DNA from: Mycobacterium sp.
GTDB taxonomy: Bacteria > Actinomycetota > Actinomycetes > Mycobacteriales > Mycobacteriaceae
DNA: 64,000 nucleotides
Reading direction: 5' to 3' (one strand)
NCBI RefSeq assembly: GCF_045807025.1
Contig: NZ_JBJMID010000014.1
Shown here: positions 1 to 9,665 of the stretch, in pieces
Layout: the number at the start of each line of letters is the position of its first letter
Numbering within the stretch: the stretch's first letter is position 1
The notes under the pieces: generated by a model
Databases searched by the model: none
Told to the model about the DNA's origin: nothing
The model's input: the letters and a program-made list of their open reading frames with translations, nothing else
Program-made: the position numbers and the translations under genes

Positions 1-847
1 ACCATTCACTGGACATCTTCGTCGAGATGACCAACTCCTTGGCCTTGCGGACCACACCACCGAGACCGGAGCGCGCGTCACCGACCAATGCGTTCTTGAC
101 GTACTGCTGGGTGATCGTCGAGCCGCCCTGCAGGTCGCCGCCGAAGATGTTGTTCTTGAAGGCGCGCAGGAAGCCGGTGAATGAGAACCCGGGATTGGAG
201 TAGAAGTCTCGGTCCTCGGCGGCCATCACCGCGTTGCGCACGTGCACCGGAATCTGGTCGATGGTGACGTCGACGCGGTTGCCTTCGGGCGGAACGATTT
301 TCGCGAGCTCACTGCCATCGCTGGCCAGGATCGTCGACACCTGGTTGGTCCTGATGTCTCCAGGCTTGGGCACGTCGACGATGAGGTAGGCCATCGCGAA
401 CGTGACAATCGGCAGCACGATCAGCACGGCCGCCGCGGCGTACAGGCTGCGACGCACCCACTTCCAGTTGATCTGCTCGCGGAAGCTGGGCCTCGGCGCG
501 GGTGGTGGCCCTCCCGGTGGTCGGCCGCCGCCGCCCGGTGGGCGCCGCGGCGGGGCCGGCGGTGGCTGCCTGGGTGGCGGGGGCGGCGGGGTGCCGTCCA
601 GCGCCCGCTTGACGACATCGATCGGATCACGCAGATGTGCCGGCGTATTGGCCCGCACCGGAGGCAGGACCGCGGTCAGCCGGTCGTCAGGCGGAACACC
701 CGCGGCCCGATGCCGGGGTGGGCCGTCCGGGCGAGGTTGTTGGCGGGCCCCACCGGGTGGGTCGGGTTGGCGCGAACTGACGCCATCAGCCTCGCGTCCC
801 GCGCGGACATCATTGGCTGACCGGTCGTGGCGCCCTTCGCTATTCAC
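1..847 (-). CDS. ponA1: Class A penicillin-binding protein PonA1 (5' part; runs off the window's left edge)
   Basis: Not in the ORF track because it is truncated. My minus-strand translation from GTG at 847 gives MNSEGRHD..., a Pro-rich cytoplasmic tail with DDRLTAVLPP, a TM segment, then transglycosylase motifs (AEDRDFYSNPG, GGSTITQQYVKN). Confidence 0.95.
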   Translation of the reverse strand, partial: MNSEGRHDRSANDVRAGREADGVSSRQPDPPGGARQQPRPDGPPRHRAAGVPPDDRLTAVLPPVRANTPAHLRDPIDVVKRALDGTPPPPPPRQPPPAPPRRPPGGGGRPPGGPPPAPRPSFREQINWKWVRRSLYAAAAVLIVLPIVTFAMAYLIVDVPKPGDIRTNQVSTILASDGSELAKIVPPEGNRVDVTIDQIPVHVRNAVMAAEDRDFYSNPGFSFTGFLRAFKNNIFGGDLQGGSTITQQYVKNALVGDARSGLGGVVRKAKELVISTKMSSEW

Positions 848-1265
848 TGGCCGTGCGCGCGCGACCGCGCGCCGTCCGTGTGCCGCGCGATCCCTTTGGC
901 GGCGGGACCGCCCCGAGCACATACGACTTGACCAAGTGATTCCATTCGCAGGTCCGGCATACCTCCACCACGTGTACCGAAAACTCGTCGTAGCGGGACG
1001 CCAGCAGGACCAGCTCCTCGGCGCTGCGCGCCGAACCGGACACGGCGCCCAAGTGGTCACCGAATACCCACGACACCAAGGTGAGCTGTTCCTTGCGGCA
1101 GATCGGGCACATCACCGAACTGGGCTTCCCATGGAACTTCGCGGCCCGCAGCAGATAGGGATTGGCGTCACAGACCTCGGTGACCCCGGTGCGGCCGGAG
1201 TACACCTCGGCCAGCAGTGACCGGCGCCGAAGCGCATAGTCCACCACCTGTCGCTGCAGTCGCAC
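840..1265 (-). CDS. DUF5318-family conserved actinobacterial protein (Rv0049-like)
   Basis: 141 aa, MRLQRQVVDYAL...CPICRK...CRTCEWNHL. Its 3' end overlaps the ponA1 start by 8 bp, as I recall for Rv0049/ponA1. Confidence 0.85.
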   Translation of the reverse strand: MRLQRQVVDYALRRRSLLAEVYSGRTGVTEVCDANPYLLRAAKFHGKPSSVMCPICRKEQLTLVSWVFGDHLGAVSGSARSAEELVLLASRYDEFSVHVVEVCRTCEWNHLVKSYVLGAVPPPKGSRGTRTARGRARTASE

Positions 1266-1377
1266 GGTGACCAGAGTACGTCGACCTCGCGACGGCCGAG
1301 GCGGGACTGCGCCGCCACGCTTCCAGGTTGGCCATCTGGTCTGCGGCTATGGCTACCGAACTCTTACGATCATCGTC

Positions 1378-2232
1378 GTGGCGACGAGGCAGAGCGCAGG
1401 AACCCGGGCGAAGGACAGCGACCGCAACGACACGTGCCAGATCCTCGACAGCGCGTTGTCGGACGGGCAGTTGTCCATGGAGGAGCACCGGAAGCGAGTG
1501 GCGCTGGCGACCGGAGCGGAGACGCTCGGCGACTTGCAGTCGCTGATCTCCGACCTGCAGACCAGCAACGCACCGGTTCAGCTGCCCGACCTCAAGAGGC
1601 GACCCAAGCTGCCGGGCGCAGGCAGCGGCTGGGGCGTGCGCGCCGCGGTGGCCGGTGTGCTCGTCGTGCTCGGCATCGCCATTGGCTGGGGACTGTACGG
1701 CAACACCTCATCGCCGCTGAGCTTCACGTCCGACCCGGGCGCCAAACCCGATGGCGTCGCGCCCGTGGTGCTCACCCCGCCGCGTCAGCTGCAGTCGCTG
1801 GGCGGGCTGACCGGACTGATCGAGCAGATGAAGCAGCGGTTCGGCGACACCATGGGATACAAGCTCCTGCTTTACCCCGACTACGGCTCCCTTGACCGGG
1901 CTGATCCCAACGACAACCGCCGCAAGATCAGCTACCCCTACCGCGGCGGCTGGGGCGACGGGGACGACCCGTCGGCCATAGGCGACGACGACAGGCTGGT
2001 CGATCTGAGCAAGATCGACGCGAAAGCAATCGTCGGAGTGTTGCGTGGCGCGCCGAAAACTCTCCACATCGAACCATCCGATGTGAAGAGCACGTACCTG
2101 ATCTTCGAGCCGTCGAAGGACCCGACCGCGGGCGATCTGACGATCACGATGTACGTCTCGAGCGAATTCGGCAGCGGCTACATCGCGACCGCCGGCGACG
2201 GCTCCGTCAAACAGATCAGCTACCCCAGCTGA
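1378..2232 (+). CDS. DUF1707 (SHOCT-like) domain membrane protein (Rv0048c-like)
   Basis: TRAKDSDR...LDSALSDGQLSMEEHRKR matches the DUF1707 pattern; one TM helix; ends SYPS. Start placed at GTG 1378, 7 nt after a TACGAT -10. Confidence 0.85.
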   Translation: MATRQSAGTRAKDSDRNDTCQILDSALSDGQLSMEEHRKRVALATGAETLGDLQSLISDLQTSNAPVQLPDLKRRPKLPGAGSGWGVRAAVAGVLVVLGIAIGWGLYGNTSSPLSFTSDPGAKPDGVAPVVLTPPRQLQSLGGLTGLIEQMKQRFGDTMGYKLLLYPDYGSLDRADPNDNRRKISYPYRGGWGDGDDPSAIGDDDRLVDLSKIDAKAIVGVLRGAPKTLHIEPSDVKSTYLIFEPSKDPTAGDLTITMYVSSEFGSGYIATAGDGSVKQISYPS

Positions 2233-2267
2233 CGCGTGCGCTCAAGCAGTTTTGCTGCACCGATGTA

Positions 2268-2286
2268 GCGCCGTATATATCGGCGC
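2268..2286. promoter_or_regulatory. Palindromic operator candidate upstream of the PadR-ino1 operon
   Basis: GCGCCG-TATATAT-CGGCGC inverted repeat about 60 bp upstream of the PadR gene. Confidence 0.5.
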
Positions 2287-2343
2287 GATACTATTGCGCG
2301 AGGTGTCGAAACGTCGTAGCAGCCGAGCAAAGGAGGTGACTCG

Positions 2344-2889
2344 ATGCTGGAGCTCGCCATCCTGGGTCTTCTGCTCGAATCGCCAATGCACGGCTACGAG
2401 CTGCGTAAACGGCTGACCGGCTTGCTCGGCGCCTTTCGTGCGTTCTCCTACGGATCGCTGTACCCGGCGCTGCGGCGCATGCAGGCCGATGGTCTGATCG
2501 TCGAGGACGCCGCACCGGAGGGAATCCCGAAGATGCGGCGCGCGCGGCGTGTCTACCAGCTCACCGACGCCGGTAAGCAGCGCTTCGCCGAACTTGTGGC
2601 CGACACTGGCCCACAGAACTTCTCTGACGACGGCTTCGGCGTTCACCTCGCCTTTTTCAACCGCACGCCGGCAGAGGCCCGGATGCGGATCCTCGAGGGG
2701 CGGCGCCGTCAGGTGGAGGAACGCCGCGAGGGTTTGCGTGAAGCGGTGGCGCGGGCCAGCAATTCGCTCGATCGCTACACCCGGCAGCTACACCAGCTGG
2801 GTTTGGAGTCCAGCGAGCGGGAAGTCAAGTGGCTGAACGAGTTGATAGCCGCGGAACGTACGGCGCAGGGACGCGCCGAGCAGCCATAA
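2344..2889 (+). CDS. PadR-family transcriptional regulator (Rv0047c/InoR-like)
   Basis: MLELAILGLLLESPMHGYELRK...GSLYPALRR is a PadR wHTH signature; directly upstream of ino1. Confidence 0.93.
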   Translation: MLELAILGLLLESPMHGYELRKRLTGLLGAFRAFSYGSLYPALRRMQADGLIVEDAAPEGIPKMRRARRVYQLTDAGKQRFAELVADTGPQNFSDDGFGVHLAFFNRTPAEARMRILEGRRRQVEERREGLREAVARASNSLDRYTRQLHQLGLESSEREVKWLNELIAAERTAQGRAEQP

Positions 2890-2934
2890 CCAAGCTGAGC
2901 ACTGTCAAGTTAGTACGGAGAGGGAGAAGTCGTC

Positions 2935-4011
2935 ATGACTGAGAACACCGAGGTGCGGGTCGCGATTGTCGGTGTGGGCAACTGCGCGTCTTCGCTTGTG
3001 CAGGGTGTGCAGTATTACCACGACGCCGACGAGACGGCCACGGTGCCCGGTCTGATGCATGTGCGGCTCGGCCCGTATCACGTCCGCGACGTGAAGTTCG
3101 TCGCCGCCTTTGACGTCGACGCCAAGAAGGTCGGGTTCGACCTGTCGGAGGCGATCTTCGCGTCGGAGAACAACACCATCAAGATCGCCGACGTGCCGCC
3201 CACCAATGTCACGGTGCAGCGCGGCCCGACGCTCGACGGCATCGGCAAGTACTACGCCGACACCATCGAGGTGTCAGACGCCGACGCGGTCGACGTGGTC
3301 AAGGTGCTACGCGACCACGAGGTCGACGTGCTGGTGTCCTATCTGCCGGTGGGCTCCGAGGAGGCCGACAAGTTCTATGCGCAGTGCGCGATCGACGCCG
3401 GTGTGGCGTTCGTCAACGCGCTGCCGGTGTTCATCGCGAGCGACCCGGTGTGGGCCAAGAAGTTCGAGGACGCCGGCGTGCCGATCGTCGGCGACGACAT
3501 CAAGAGCCAGGTCGGCGCGACCATCACCCACCGCGTCATGGCCAAGCTGTTCGAGGACCGCGGTGTGCAGTTGGACCGCACGATGCAGCTCAACGTCGGC
3601 GGCAACATGGACTTCCTCAACATGCTCGAGCGCTCGCGGCTGGAGTCGAAGAAGATCTCCAAGACGCAGGCCGTGACCTCTAATTTGCAGCGCGAGTTCA
3701 ACACCAAGGACGTGCACATCGGCCCGTCGGATCACGTCGGCTGGCTCGACGACCGCAAGTGGGCCTACGTGCGGCTGGAGGGCCGTGCCTTCGGCGACGT
3801 GCCGTTGAACCTGGAATACAAGCTCGAGGTGTGGGACTCCCCGAACTCGGCAGGCGTCATCATCGATGCGGTTCGCGCGGCGAAGATCGCCAAGGACCGT
3901 GGCATCGGCGGCCCGGTGGTGGCGGCGTCGGCGTACCTGATGAAGAGCCCGCCCAAGCAGCTGCCCGACGACATCGCACGCACGCAGCTGGAGAACTTCA
4001 TCGAGGGCTGA
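2935..4011 (+). CDS. ino1: Myo-inositol-1-phosphate synthase
   Basis: [35 protein letters not shown] motifs; 358 aa; RBS GGAG upstream. Confidence 0.97.
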   Translation: MTENTEVRVAIVGVGNCASSLVQGVQYYHDADETATVPGLMHVRLGPYHVRDVKFVAAFDVDAKKVGFDLSEAIFASENNTIKIADVPPTNVTVQRGPTLDGIGKYYADTIEVSDADAVDVVKVLRDHEVDVLVSYLPVGSEEADKFYAQCAIDAGVAFVNALPVFIASDPVWAKKFEDAGVPIVGDDIKSQVGATITHRVMAKLFEDRGVQLDRTMQLNVGGNMDFLNMLERSRLESKKISKTQAVTSNLQREFNTKDVHIGPSDHVGWLDDRKWAYVRLEGRAFGDVPLNLEYKLEVWDSPNSAGVIIDAVRAAKIAKDRGIGGPVVAASAYLMKSPPKQLPDDIARTQLENFIEG

Positions 4012-4031
4012 TCGCGGCAAGGCCGGCAGGT

Positions 4032-4060
4032 ACGGGGACCCCTTCAGGGGTCCCCGTTTT
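4032..4060 (+). terminator. Intrinsic terminator after ino1
   Basis: ACGGGGACCCC-TTCA-GGGGTCCCCGT followed by TTT: an 11-bp stem with a U-tract. Confidence 0.85.
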
Positions 4061-4171
4061 GCATGTTGCTCGCTCACCGCGTGGCTCGAGGTTTACGCAG
4101 TTGACCGCCGGGTATGACGCTGCTGTCAATAATTCCTGTGGCCGCTCGGGCCTCGATTCAAGGAGCACGTC

Positions 4172-4999
4172 ATGCAAGACCAACTCAGAGACATGTGGGG
4201 GTCGGTGCTCGCCATCGCTCCAAAGCTTGTCCTCTTCCTCGTCATTCTGATCGTCGGCTGGATTGTGGCGAAGCTCATCGCCAAGGCCGTCGACAAGATC
4301 CTCGAACGCGTCGGATTCGATCGCGCGGTGGAGCGTGGTGGTATCCGGCGGGCCATGGAGCGAAGCAAATATGACGCCTCCACCATCGTCAGCAAGATCG
4401 TCTATTTCGGGTTGCTGCTGGTGGTTCTGCACTTCGCCTTCGGCGTCTTCGGGCCGAATCCGGTCAGTGAGCTGATCGCCGGTGTGATCGCGTTCCTGCC
4501 CCGGCTGTTCGTCGCGCTCGTCATCGTCGTGGTAGCCGCTGCGATCGCGGCCGCGGTGCGCGACATCGTGTCGAACGCGCTGAGCGGATTCTCGTACGGC
4601 CGGATGCTCGGCACTCTTGCCAGTGTCTTCATCCTCGGACTGGGCATCATCGCGGCCCTGAATCAGGTGGGCATCGCGCTGACCGTAACGCTCCCGGTCC
4701 TTGTCGCAATCTTGGCCACCATCGGCGGCATCCTCGTGGTCGGCGTCGGCGGCGGCCTGATCAAGCCGATGCAGGCGCGTTGGGAGAATTACTTGACGAC
4801 GGCCGAGCGCGAAGGCCGCAACATCCGGGAGCGGCGCTCGAGCCCGGATGCCGGTCCGGTTGGCCGGGTCGCCACTGAACGCGCACCGGAGTCTGACTAC
4901 AAGTGGACGGCCGATGAGCCCTCGGACCGACCGCAGCGCACGGCAACATCTCAACCGTCGGCCGCCCGGCACTACAGCGAAGGCCAGCCGAAGGCGTAA
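4172..4999 (+). CDS. Conserved TM-helix (CmpX / MscS N-terminal-like) membrane protein
   Basis: RBS AAGGAG; repeated 'xxxPKLVLFLVILIVGWIVAK' and 'FLPRLFVALVIVVVA' helices typical of TM_helix repeats; charged C-terminal tail. Confidence 0.75.
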   Translation: MQDQLRDMWGSVLAIAPKLVLFLVILIVGWIVAKLIAKAVDKILERVGFDRAVERGGIRRAMERSKYDASTIVSKIVYFGLLLVVLHFAFGVFGPNPVSELIAGVIAFLPRLFVALVIVVVAAAIAAAVRDIVSNALSGFSYGRMLGTLASVFILGLGIIAALNQVGIALTVTLPVLVAILATIGGILVVGVGGGLIKPMQARWENYLTTAEREGRNIRERRSSPDAGPVGRVATERAPESDYKWTADEPSDRPQRTATSQPSAARHYSEGQPKA

Positions 5000-5043
5000 C
5001 GTCCGCCGTCGTTGAATCGGCGCCCAGCGCTAGCCTCGACGGC

Positions 5044-5949
5044 GTGACCAACGCCGAAGTCTCCGATGACGACCTGGCCGGCCTCGACGAGTTCGGGCTG
5101 CTGCACGAGAACGCCGAACAGGCCGGGGTGAGCGGGCCGCTGCCGTCGGTGCAGCGCATCGGCTCCGGTCCGATCAGCGCGATCAAGTGGGGCGACGAAC
5201 CGCCACAGGTGGTTTTCCTGCACGGCGGCGGTCAGAACGCCCACACGTGGGACACCGTGATCGTCGGGCTCGGCGTGCCCGCCTTGGCGATTGATCTTCC
5301 GGGGCACGGCCGGTCGGCCTGGCGCGAGGACGGCGACTACGGGCCACGGCTCAACGCCGAGACGCTGCGCCCGATCCTGCGCGAGTGGGCGCCGAACCCT
5401 CGGCTGGTGGTCGGCATGTCGCTGGGTGGGCTGACCGCGCTGCGGCTGGCGGCCTCCGAGCCGAGCCTCGTTCCGGAGCTTGTGCTCGTCGACGTCACGC
5501 CGTCCGCGCCCGGACGCCACGAGCAGATGACGAAGGCGCAGATGGGCACCGTGGCACTGGTGCAGGGCGACCGGACGTTTCCCAGCTTCGCCGCGATGCT
5601 CGACGTCACCGTCGCGGCCGCGCCGAACCGAGACCGGAAGTCGTTGCGCCGCGGCGTCTTTCACAACTCGAAGCAGCTCGACGACGGCACGTGGACGTGG
5701 CGCTACGACTCGTTCCGCAAGGGCGACGGCTTCGAGGGACTGTGGGACGACGTGCCCGCCATCACGATGCCGACGACGCTGGTGCGCGGCGCGAACTCGT
5801 TCTTCGTCAACGACGAGGACGCCGAGGCATTCGCGAAGGGCGCGCCGGGTTTCGTGCGCACACATGTGGTGGCCGACTCCGGGCATTCGGTCCAGGGCGA
5901 CCAGCCGCGCGCTCTCGTCGACATCCTGCGCGGGGTGCTGGGCGCCTAG
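5044..5949 (+). CDS. Alpha/beta hydrolase (Rv0045c-like esterase)
   Basis: FLHGGGQN oxyanion motif, GMSLG nucleophile elbow, SGHSVQ catalytic His. Confidence 0.92.
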   Translation: MTNAEVSDDDLAGLDEFGLLHENAEQAGVSGPLPSVQRIGSGPISAIKWGDEPPQVVFLHGGGQNAHTWDTVIVGLGVPALAIDLPGHGRSAWREDGDYGPRLNAETLRPILREWAPNPRLVVGMSLGGLTALRLAASEPSLVPELVLVDVTPSAPGRHEQMTKAQMGTVALVQGDRTFPSFAAMLDVTVAAAPNRDRKSLRRGVFHNSKQLDDGTWTWRYDSFRKGDGFEGLWDDVPAITMPTTLVRGANSFFVNDEDAEAFAKGAPGFVRTHVVADSGHSVQGDQPRALVDILRGVLGA

Positions 5950-5960
5950 CGTCCCCAGTT

Positions 5961-6004
5961 GTTTACCAATTGCTTCCCAGCTGATTGCCAAGCTGTCGTA
6001 CGGT
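5961..6004 (+). promoter_or_regulatory. Candidate phoX promoter: three 11-bp-period PHO-box-like repeats plus a -10
   Basis: GTTTACC at 5961, GCTTCCC at 5972 and GATTGCC at 5983 (period 11); TACGGT at 5999-6004, 6 nt before GTG 6011. Confidence 0.4.
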
Positions 6005-6010
6005 CCCGCA

Positions 6011-8080
6011 GTGGCCCTCATTCCGTTGAATCTCCTTGTCACCCATAACGGCCGGTCGTCGCGCCAGCATGTGACGTGCCGCTACAAGTGCGGCGACGCC
6101 TGCTCCAAGCCCGCCCCGAACACCAGCGACAACGAGTACTTCGGCGACATCGCCAAGGCGGTCTCACGGCGATCGATGCTCCAGGCCGGCGGCATCGCGG
6201 TGCTGGCAGTCGGCGCGGGTTCGGCGCTGGCCGCCTGCGGGGGCGGTGAGCAACCCGCTGCGACGCCCCCCTCGTCGGCGGCGCCGGCCGAGACGCCGCC
6301 GGGCATGAACTTCCCCGCTGTCGCGCCCAACAGCCAGGACGCGGTCGTCATCCCCGCGGGCTACGAGCAGGCTGTGGTCGTCAGCTGGGGCGACCCGATA
6401 GTGCCGAACGCGCCGAAGTTCGACGTGAAGGCGCAGACCGCCACCGCTCAGCGCGGCCAGTTCGGATTCAACAACGACTTCGCGGGCCTGCTGCCCGTCC
6501 CCGGTCAGAAGAACCGCTTCCTGTTGGTGACCAACCACGAGTACGTCACCCCGCAGTTCATGTTCCCCGGCTACGACGCCAAGAAGCCCACCCGGGAGCA
6601 GTTCGACATCGAGATCGCCGCAATCGGCATGTCCGTCGTGGAGGTCGAACGCACACCGCAGGGGCTCAAGCCCGTGATGGGCCCCTACAACCGGCGCATC
6701 ACTGCCGATACACCTTTCGTGATGACCGGTCCCGGCGCGGGCACCGACTTCGTCAAGACGCCGGCCGATCCGACCGGCCGCGCCGTGCTGGGCACCTTCG
6801 CCAACTGTTCCGGCGGTGTAACCCCCTGGGGCACCGTACTTTCGGGCGAGGAGAACTTTCACAGTTACTTCGGCGCACCGGAGGGCGCGCCCAAGCCGAA
6901 CCCGGTGGACGCCGACCGGCAGGACCGCTACGGCGTCGCGCTGGAGCCGTCCGAATTGTTGTGGGAGAACTTCGACCCGCGCTTTGACGTCGCGAAGACG
7001 CCCAACGAAGTGAACCGGTTCGGCTGGGTCGTCGAAGTCAATCCGTGGGACCCCAACTCGAAACCCGTCAAGCACACCGCGCTGGGACGGCTCAAGCACG
7101 AGGCCGCCACCATCTACATCACCGGCGACGGCACCGTGGTCGCCTATAGCGGCGACGACGAGCGCTTCGACTACATGTACAAGTTCGTCTCCGCCAACAA
7201 GGTCCAGCCCGGTACCGATCCCGCGGCGATGGCGCACAACATGACGCTGCTCGACGAGGGCACGCTCTATGTAGCGAAGCTGGCCAGCGACATCCCGGCC
7301 AACGAGATCGACGGCTCCGGCAAGCTGCCGTCGACCGGTTCCTTCAGGGGCACCGGGACCTGGATTCCACTGCTGAAGTCGGGCGCAGGCGGCGAGGGTC
7401 GATCACTCGTCGACGGGGAGACCCCGCAGGAGGCGGCGGTGTTCACCCGGTTGGCGGCCGACAAGGCCGGCGCTACCAAGATGGATCGACCAGAGGACTT
7501 CGAGGCCAACCCCAACACCGGCAAGGTGTACGTCGCGCTCACCAACAACGACGAGCGCGGCGCGCCGGGCGAGGCAGTGCCCGACGCCGCCAACCCGCGC
7601 AACGACAACAAGAGCGGGCAGATCCTCGAGATCACCGACGACCATGCGGGCACGACCTTTACCTGGGATCTGTTGCTTGTCTGCGGCGATCCCGCGGCCG
7701 CCGACACCTATTTCGCCGGATTCGACAAGAGCAAGGTCAGCCCGATCTCCTGCCCCGACAACCTGGCCTTCGACAGCCACGGCAATCTGTGGATCTCCAC
7801 CGACGGCAACGCGCTGGACTCCAACGACGGGCTGTTCGCCGTCGCGCTCGAGGGGCCGAACCGCGGCGAGACCAAACAGTTCCTCACCGTGCCGCTCGGC
7901 GCGGAGACATGCGGGCCCGTCGTCACCGACGATCTCGTCACGGTGTGCGTCCAGCATCCCGGCGAGAACGACGACAACAGCATCGATAATCCGTTGTCGC
8001 GCTGGCCGGAGGGCGGCAACGGTACTGCGCGGCCGTCGGTAGTCGCGGTGTGGAAAGCCGATGGGCGGATTGGCGTCTAG
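6011..8080 (+). CDS. phoX: PhoX-family alkaline phosphatase (DUF839), Tat-exported lipoprotein
   Basis: SRRSML twin-arginine motif, lipobox LAAC, and PhoX motifs NHEY, NCSGGVTPWGTVLSGEEN, HEAA, MDRPED, CPDNL, ETCGP, VQHPGE. Confidence 0.92.
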   Translation: MALIPLNLLVTHNGRSSRQHVTCRYKCGDACSKPAPNTSDNEYFGDIAKAVSRRSMLQAGGIAVLAVGAGSALAACGGGEQPAATPPSSAAPAETPPGMNFPAVAPNSQDAVVIPAGYEQAVVVSWGDPIVPNAPKFDVKAQTATAQRGQFGFNNDFAGLLPVPGQKNRFLLVTNHEYVTPQFMFPGYDAKKPTREQFDIEIAAIGMSVVEVERTPQGLKPVMGPYNRRITADTPFVMTGPGAGTDFVKTPADPTGRAVLGTFANCSGGVTPWGTVLSGEENFHSYFGAPEGAPKPNPVDADRQDRYGVALEPSELLWENFDPRFDVAKTPNEVNRFGWVVEVNPWDPNSKPVKHTALGRLKHEAATIYITGDGTVVAYSGDDERFDYMYKFVSANKVQPGTDPAAMAHNMTLLDEGTLYVAKLASDIPANEIDGSGKLPSTGSFRGTGTWIPLLKSGAGGEGRSLVDGETPQEAAVFTRLAADKAGATKMDRPEDFEANPNTGKVYVALTNNDERGAPGEAVPDAANPRNDNKSGQILEITDDHAGTTFTWDLLLVCGDPAAADTYFAGFDKSKVSPISCPDNLAFDSHGNLWISTDGNALDSNDGLFAVALEGPNRGETKQFLTVPLGAETCGPVVTDDLVTVCVQHPGENDDNSIDNPLSRWPEGGNGTARPSVVAVWKADGRIGV

Positions 8081-8090
8081 CCTGACGACA

Positions 8091-8891
8091 GTGACCTTCC
8101 CAATTCGCATCGGCGTGCAACTGCAGCCGCAACACTGTTCGCAATACAGCCATCTGCGCGACGCGGTTCGCCGCTGTGAGGACATCGGTGTCGACGTCGC
8201 GTTCAACTGGGATCACTTCTTCCCGCTCTACGGCGATCCCGACGGTCCGCACTACGAGTGCTGGACGACGCTGGGTGCCTGGGCCGAGCAGACGTCGCGC
8301 CTGGAGATCGGCGCACTGGTGACGTGCAACTCCTACCGCAATCCCGAACTGCTGGCCGATATGGCGCGCACCGTCGACCACATCGCCGACGGCCGGCTGA
8401 TCCTCGGCATCGGGTCGGGCTGGAAAGAGAAGGACTACGACGAGTACGGCTACGAGTTCGGCACCGCGGGCAGCCGCCTCGACGATCTGGCCGCCGCGAT
8501 GCCGCGCATCAAGTCACGGCTGGCCAAGCTCAACCCGCCGCCCACCCGGCACATCCCCGTGCTGATCGGCGGTCAAGGTGAGCAGAAGACGCTGCGCCTG
8601 GTCGCCGAGTACGCCGACATCTGGCACGGGTTCACCACGCTGAAGTCCTACCCCGACAAGGCCGAGGTCCTGGCGCGTCACTGCGCGGACGTCGGACGCG
8701 ACCCGGCCACCATCGAGCGCTCCGCCGGCGTTGCGGGCGACAACCTCGACGCGCTGCTGGCCGAAGCCAATGCGTTCGTCGACCTCGGGGTGACGATGCT
8801 GACCGTCGGCGTCAACGGACCCGACTACGACCTGACGCAGGCCGAGGCGCTGTGCCGGTGGCGCGACCGTCGTCAACAGAATGGAAACTGA
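8091..8891 (+). CDS. LLM-class F420-dependent oxidoreductase (Rv0044c-like)
   Basis: WDHFFP, ECWTTL, LVTCNSYRNPELLA, GRLILGIGSGW, IGGQGE motifs. Confidence 0.9.
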   Translation: MTFPIRIGVQLQPQHCSQYSHLRDAVRRCEDIGVDVAFNWDHFFPLYGDPDGPHYECWTTLGAWAEQTSRLEIGALVTCNSYRNPELLADMARTVDHIADGRLILGIGSGWKEKDYDEYGYEFGTAGSRLDDLAAAMPRIKSRLAKLNPPPTRHIPVLIGGQGEQKTLRLVAEYADIWHGFTTLKSYPDKAEVLARHCADVGRDPATIERSAGVAGDNLDALLAEANAFVDLGVTMLTVGVNGPDYDLTQAEALCRWRDRRQQNGN

Positions 8892-8942
8892 ACTGGCGGA
8901 ACGGCTCCCGTTGCGACGGCTACGTGAGATGCTGTCCGCGCC

Positions 8943-9617
8943 ATGCCCAAGAAGTATGGGGTCAAAGAAAAAGACCTCGTGGTCTCGCATGTCGTCAACC
9001 TGGTACTGACGGGCAAACTTCGCTCGGGGGATCGGATCGACCGTAACGAGATCGCGCAGGAACTCGGGCTCAGCCGCGTGCCAATCCAGGAGGCTGTGGT
9101 CCAGCTCGAGCATGACGGGATACTGTCCACGCAGTATCACCGCGGGGCGTACGTCGAACGATTCGACGAGTCCGTCCTGCGTGAACACCACGAGCTGTAC
9201 GGACTGTTGAATGGGCTCGCGTCGGCCCGCGCCGCGATCGATGGCCGCCCGCAAATCCTCGACCAGCTCGCCGTGCTGATCGAATCCATGCGCAGCAGCA
9301 AAGATTCGCGCACATTTCAGGAGACGGCGTGGCAGTTCCGGCGCGTCATCAACGACGACTACGCAGGCCCGCGATTGCAGGCGGCGATCCGTGCGTCGCA
9401 GACCTTCATCCCCCGCGGGTTCTGGCTGGCCTACCTCAACAACCACAACGAGATGCTGCCGTTCTACGAAGCCGAGACGGCCGCCATCCACCGGCGCGAC
9501 CCCGACGGCGCCCGCACCGCTTGCGTCGAGCGATCGGAGGCGATGGCCAGGATCATGCTCGGTGAATTGGTGCGGCGCGGGGTGTTCCGCGCCTCCGGGG
9601 CATCGGTTGCGTTCTAA
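8943..9617 (+). CDS. GntR/FCD-family transcriptional regulator (Rv0043c-like)
   Basis: N-terminal wHTH '[24 protein letters not shown]' followed by an FCD-like helical domain. Confidence 0.92.
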   Translation: MPKKYGVKEKDLVVSHVVNLVLTGKLRSGDRIDRNEIAQELGLSRVPIQEAVVQLEHDGILSTQYHRGAYVERFDESVLREHHELYGLLNGLASARAAIDGRPQILDQLAVLIESMRSSKDSRTFQETAWQFRRVINDDYAGPRLQAAIRASQTFIPRGFWLAYLNNHNEMLPFYEAETAAIHRRDPDGARTACVERSEAMARIMLGELVRRGVFRASGASVAF

Positions 9618-9665
9618 GTGAGCTGAAGGCGATTCCACCGAGTGCTCGGCAGCTACCTTGCTTGG

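Noticed and set aside
242-1220. Plus-strand ORFs of 192 and 272 aa over the Pro-rich ponA1 region
   Set aside because: These are antisense shadows of ponA1 and the Rv0049-like gene; low stop-codon frequency in GC-rich DNA explains them.
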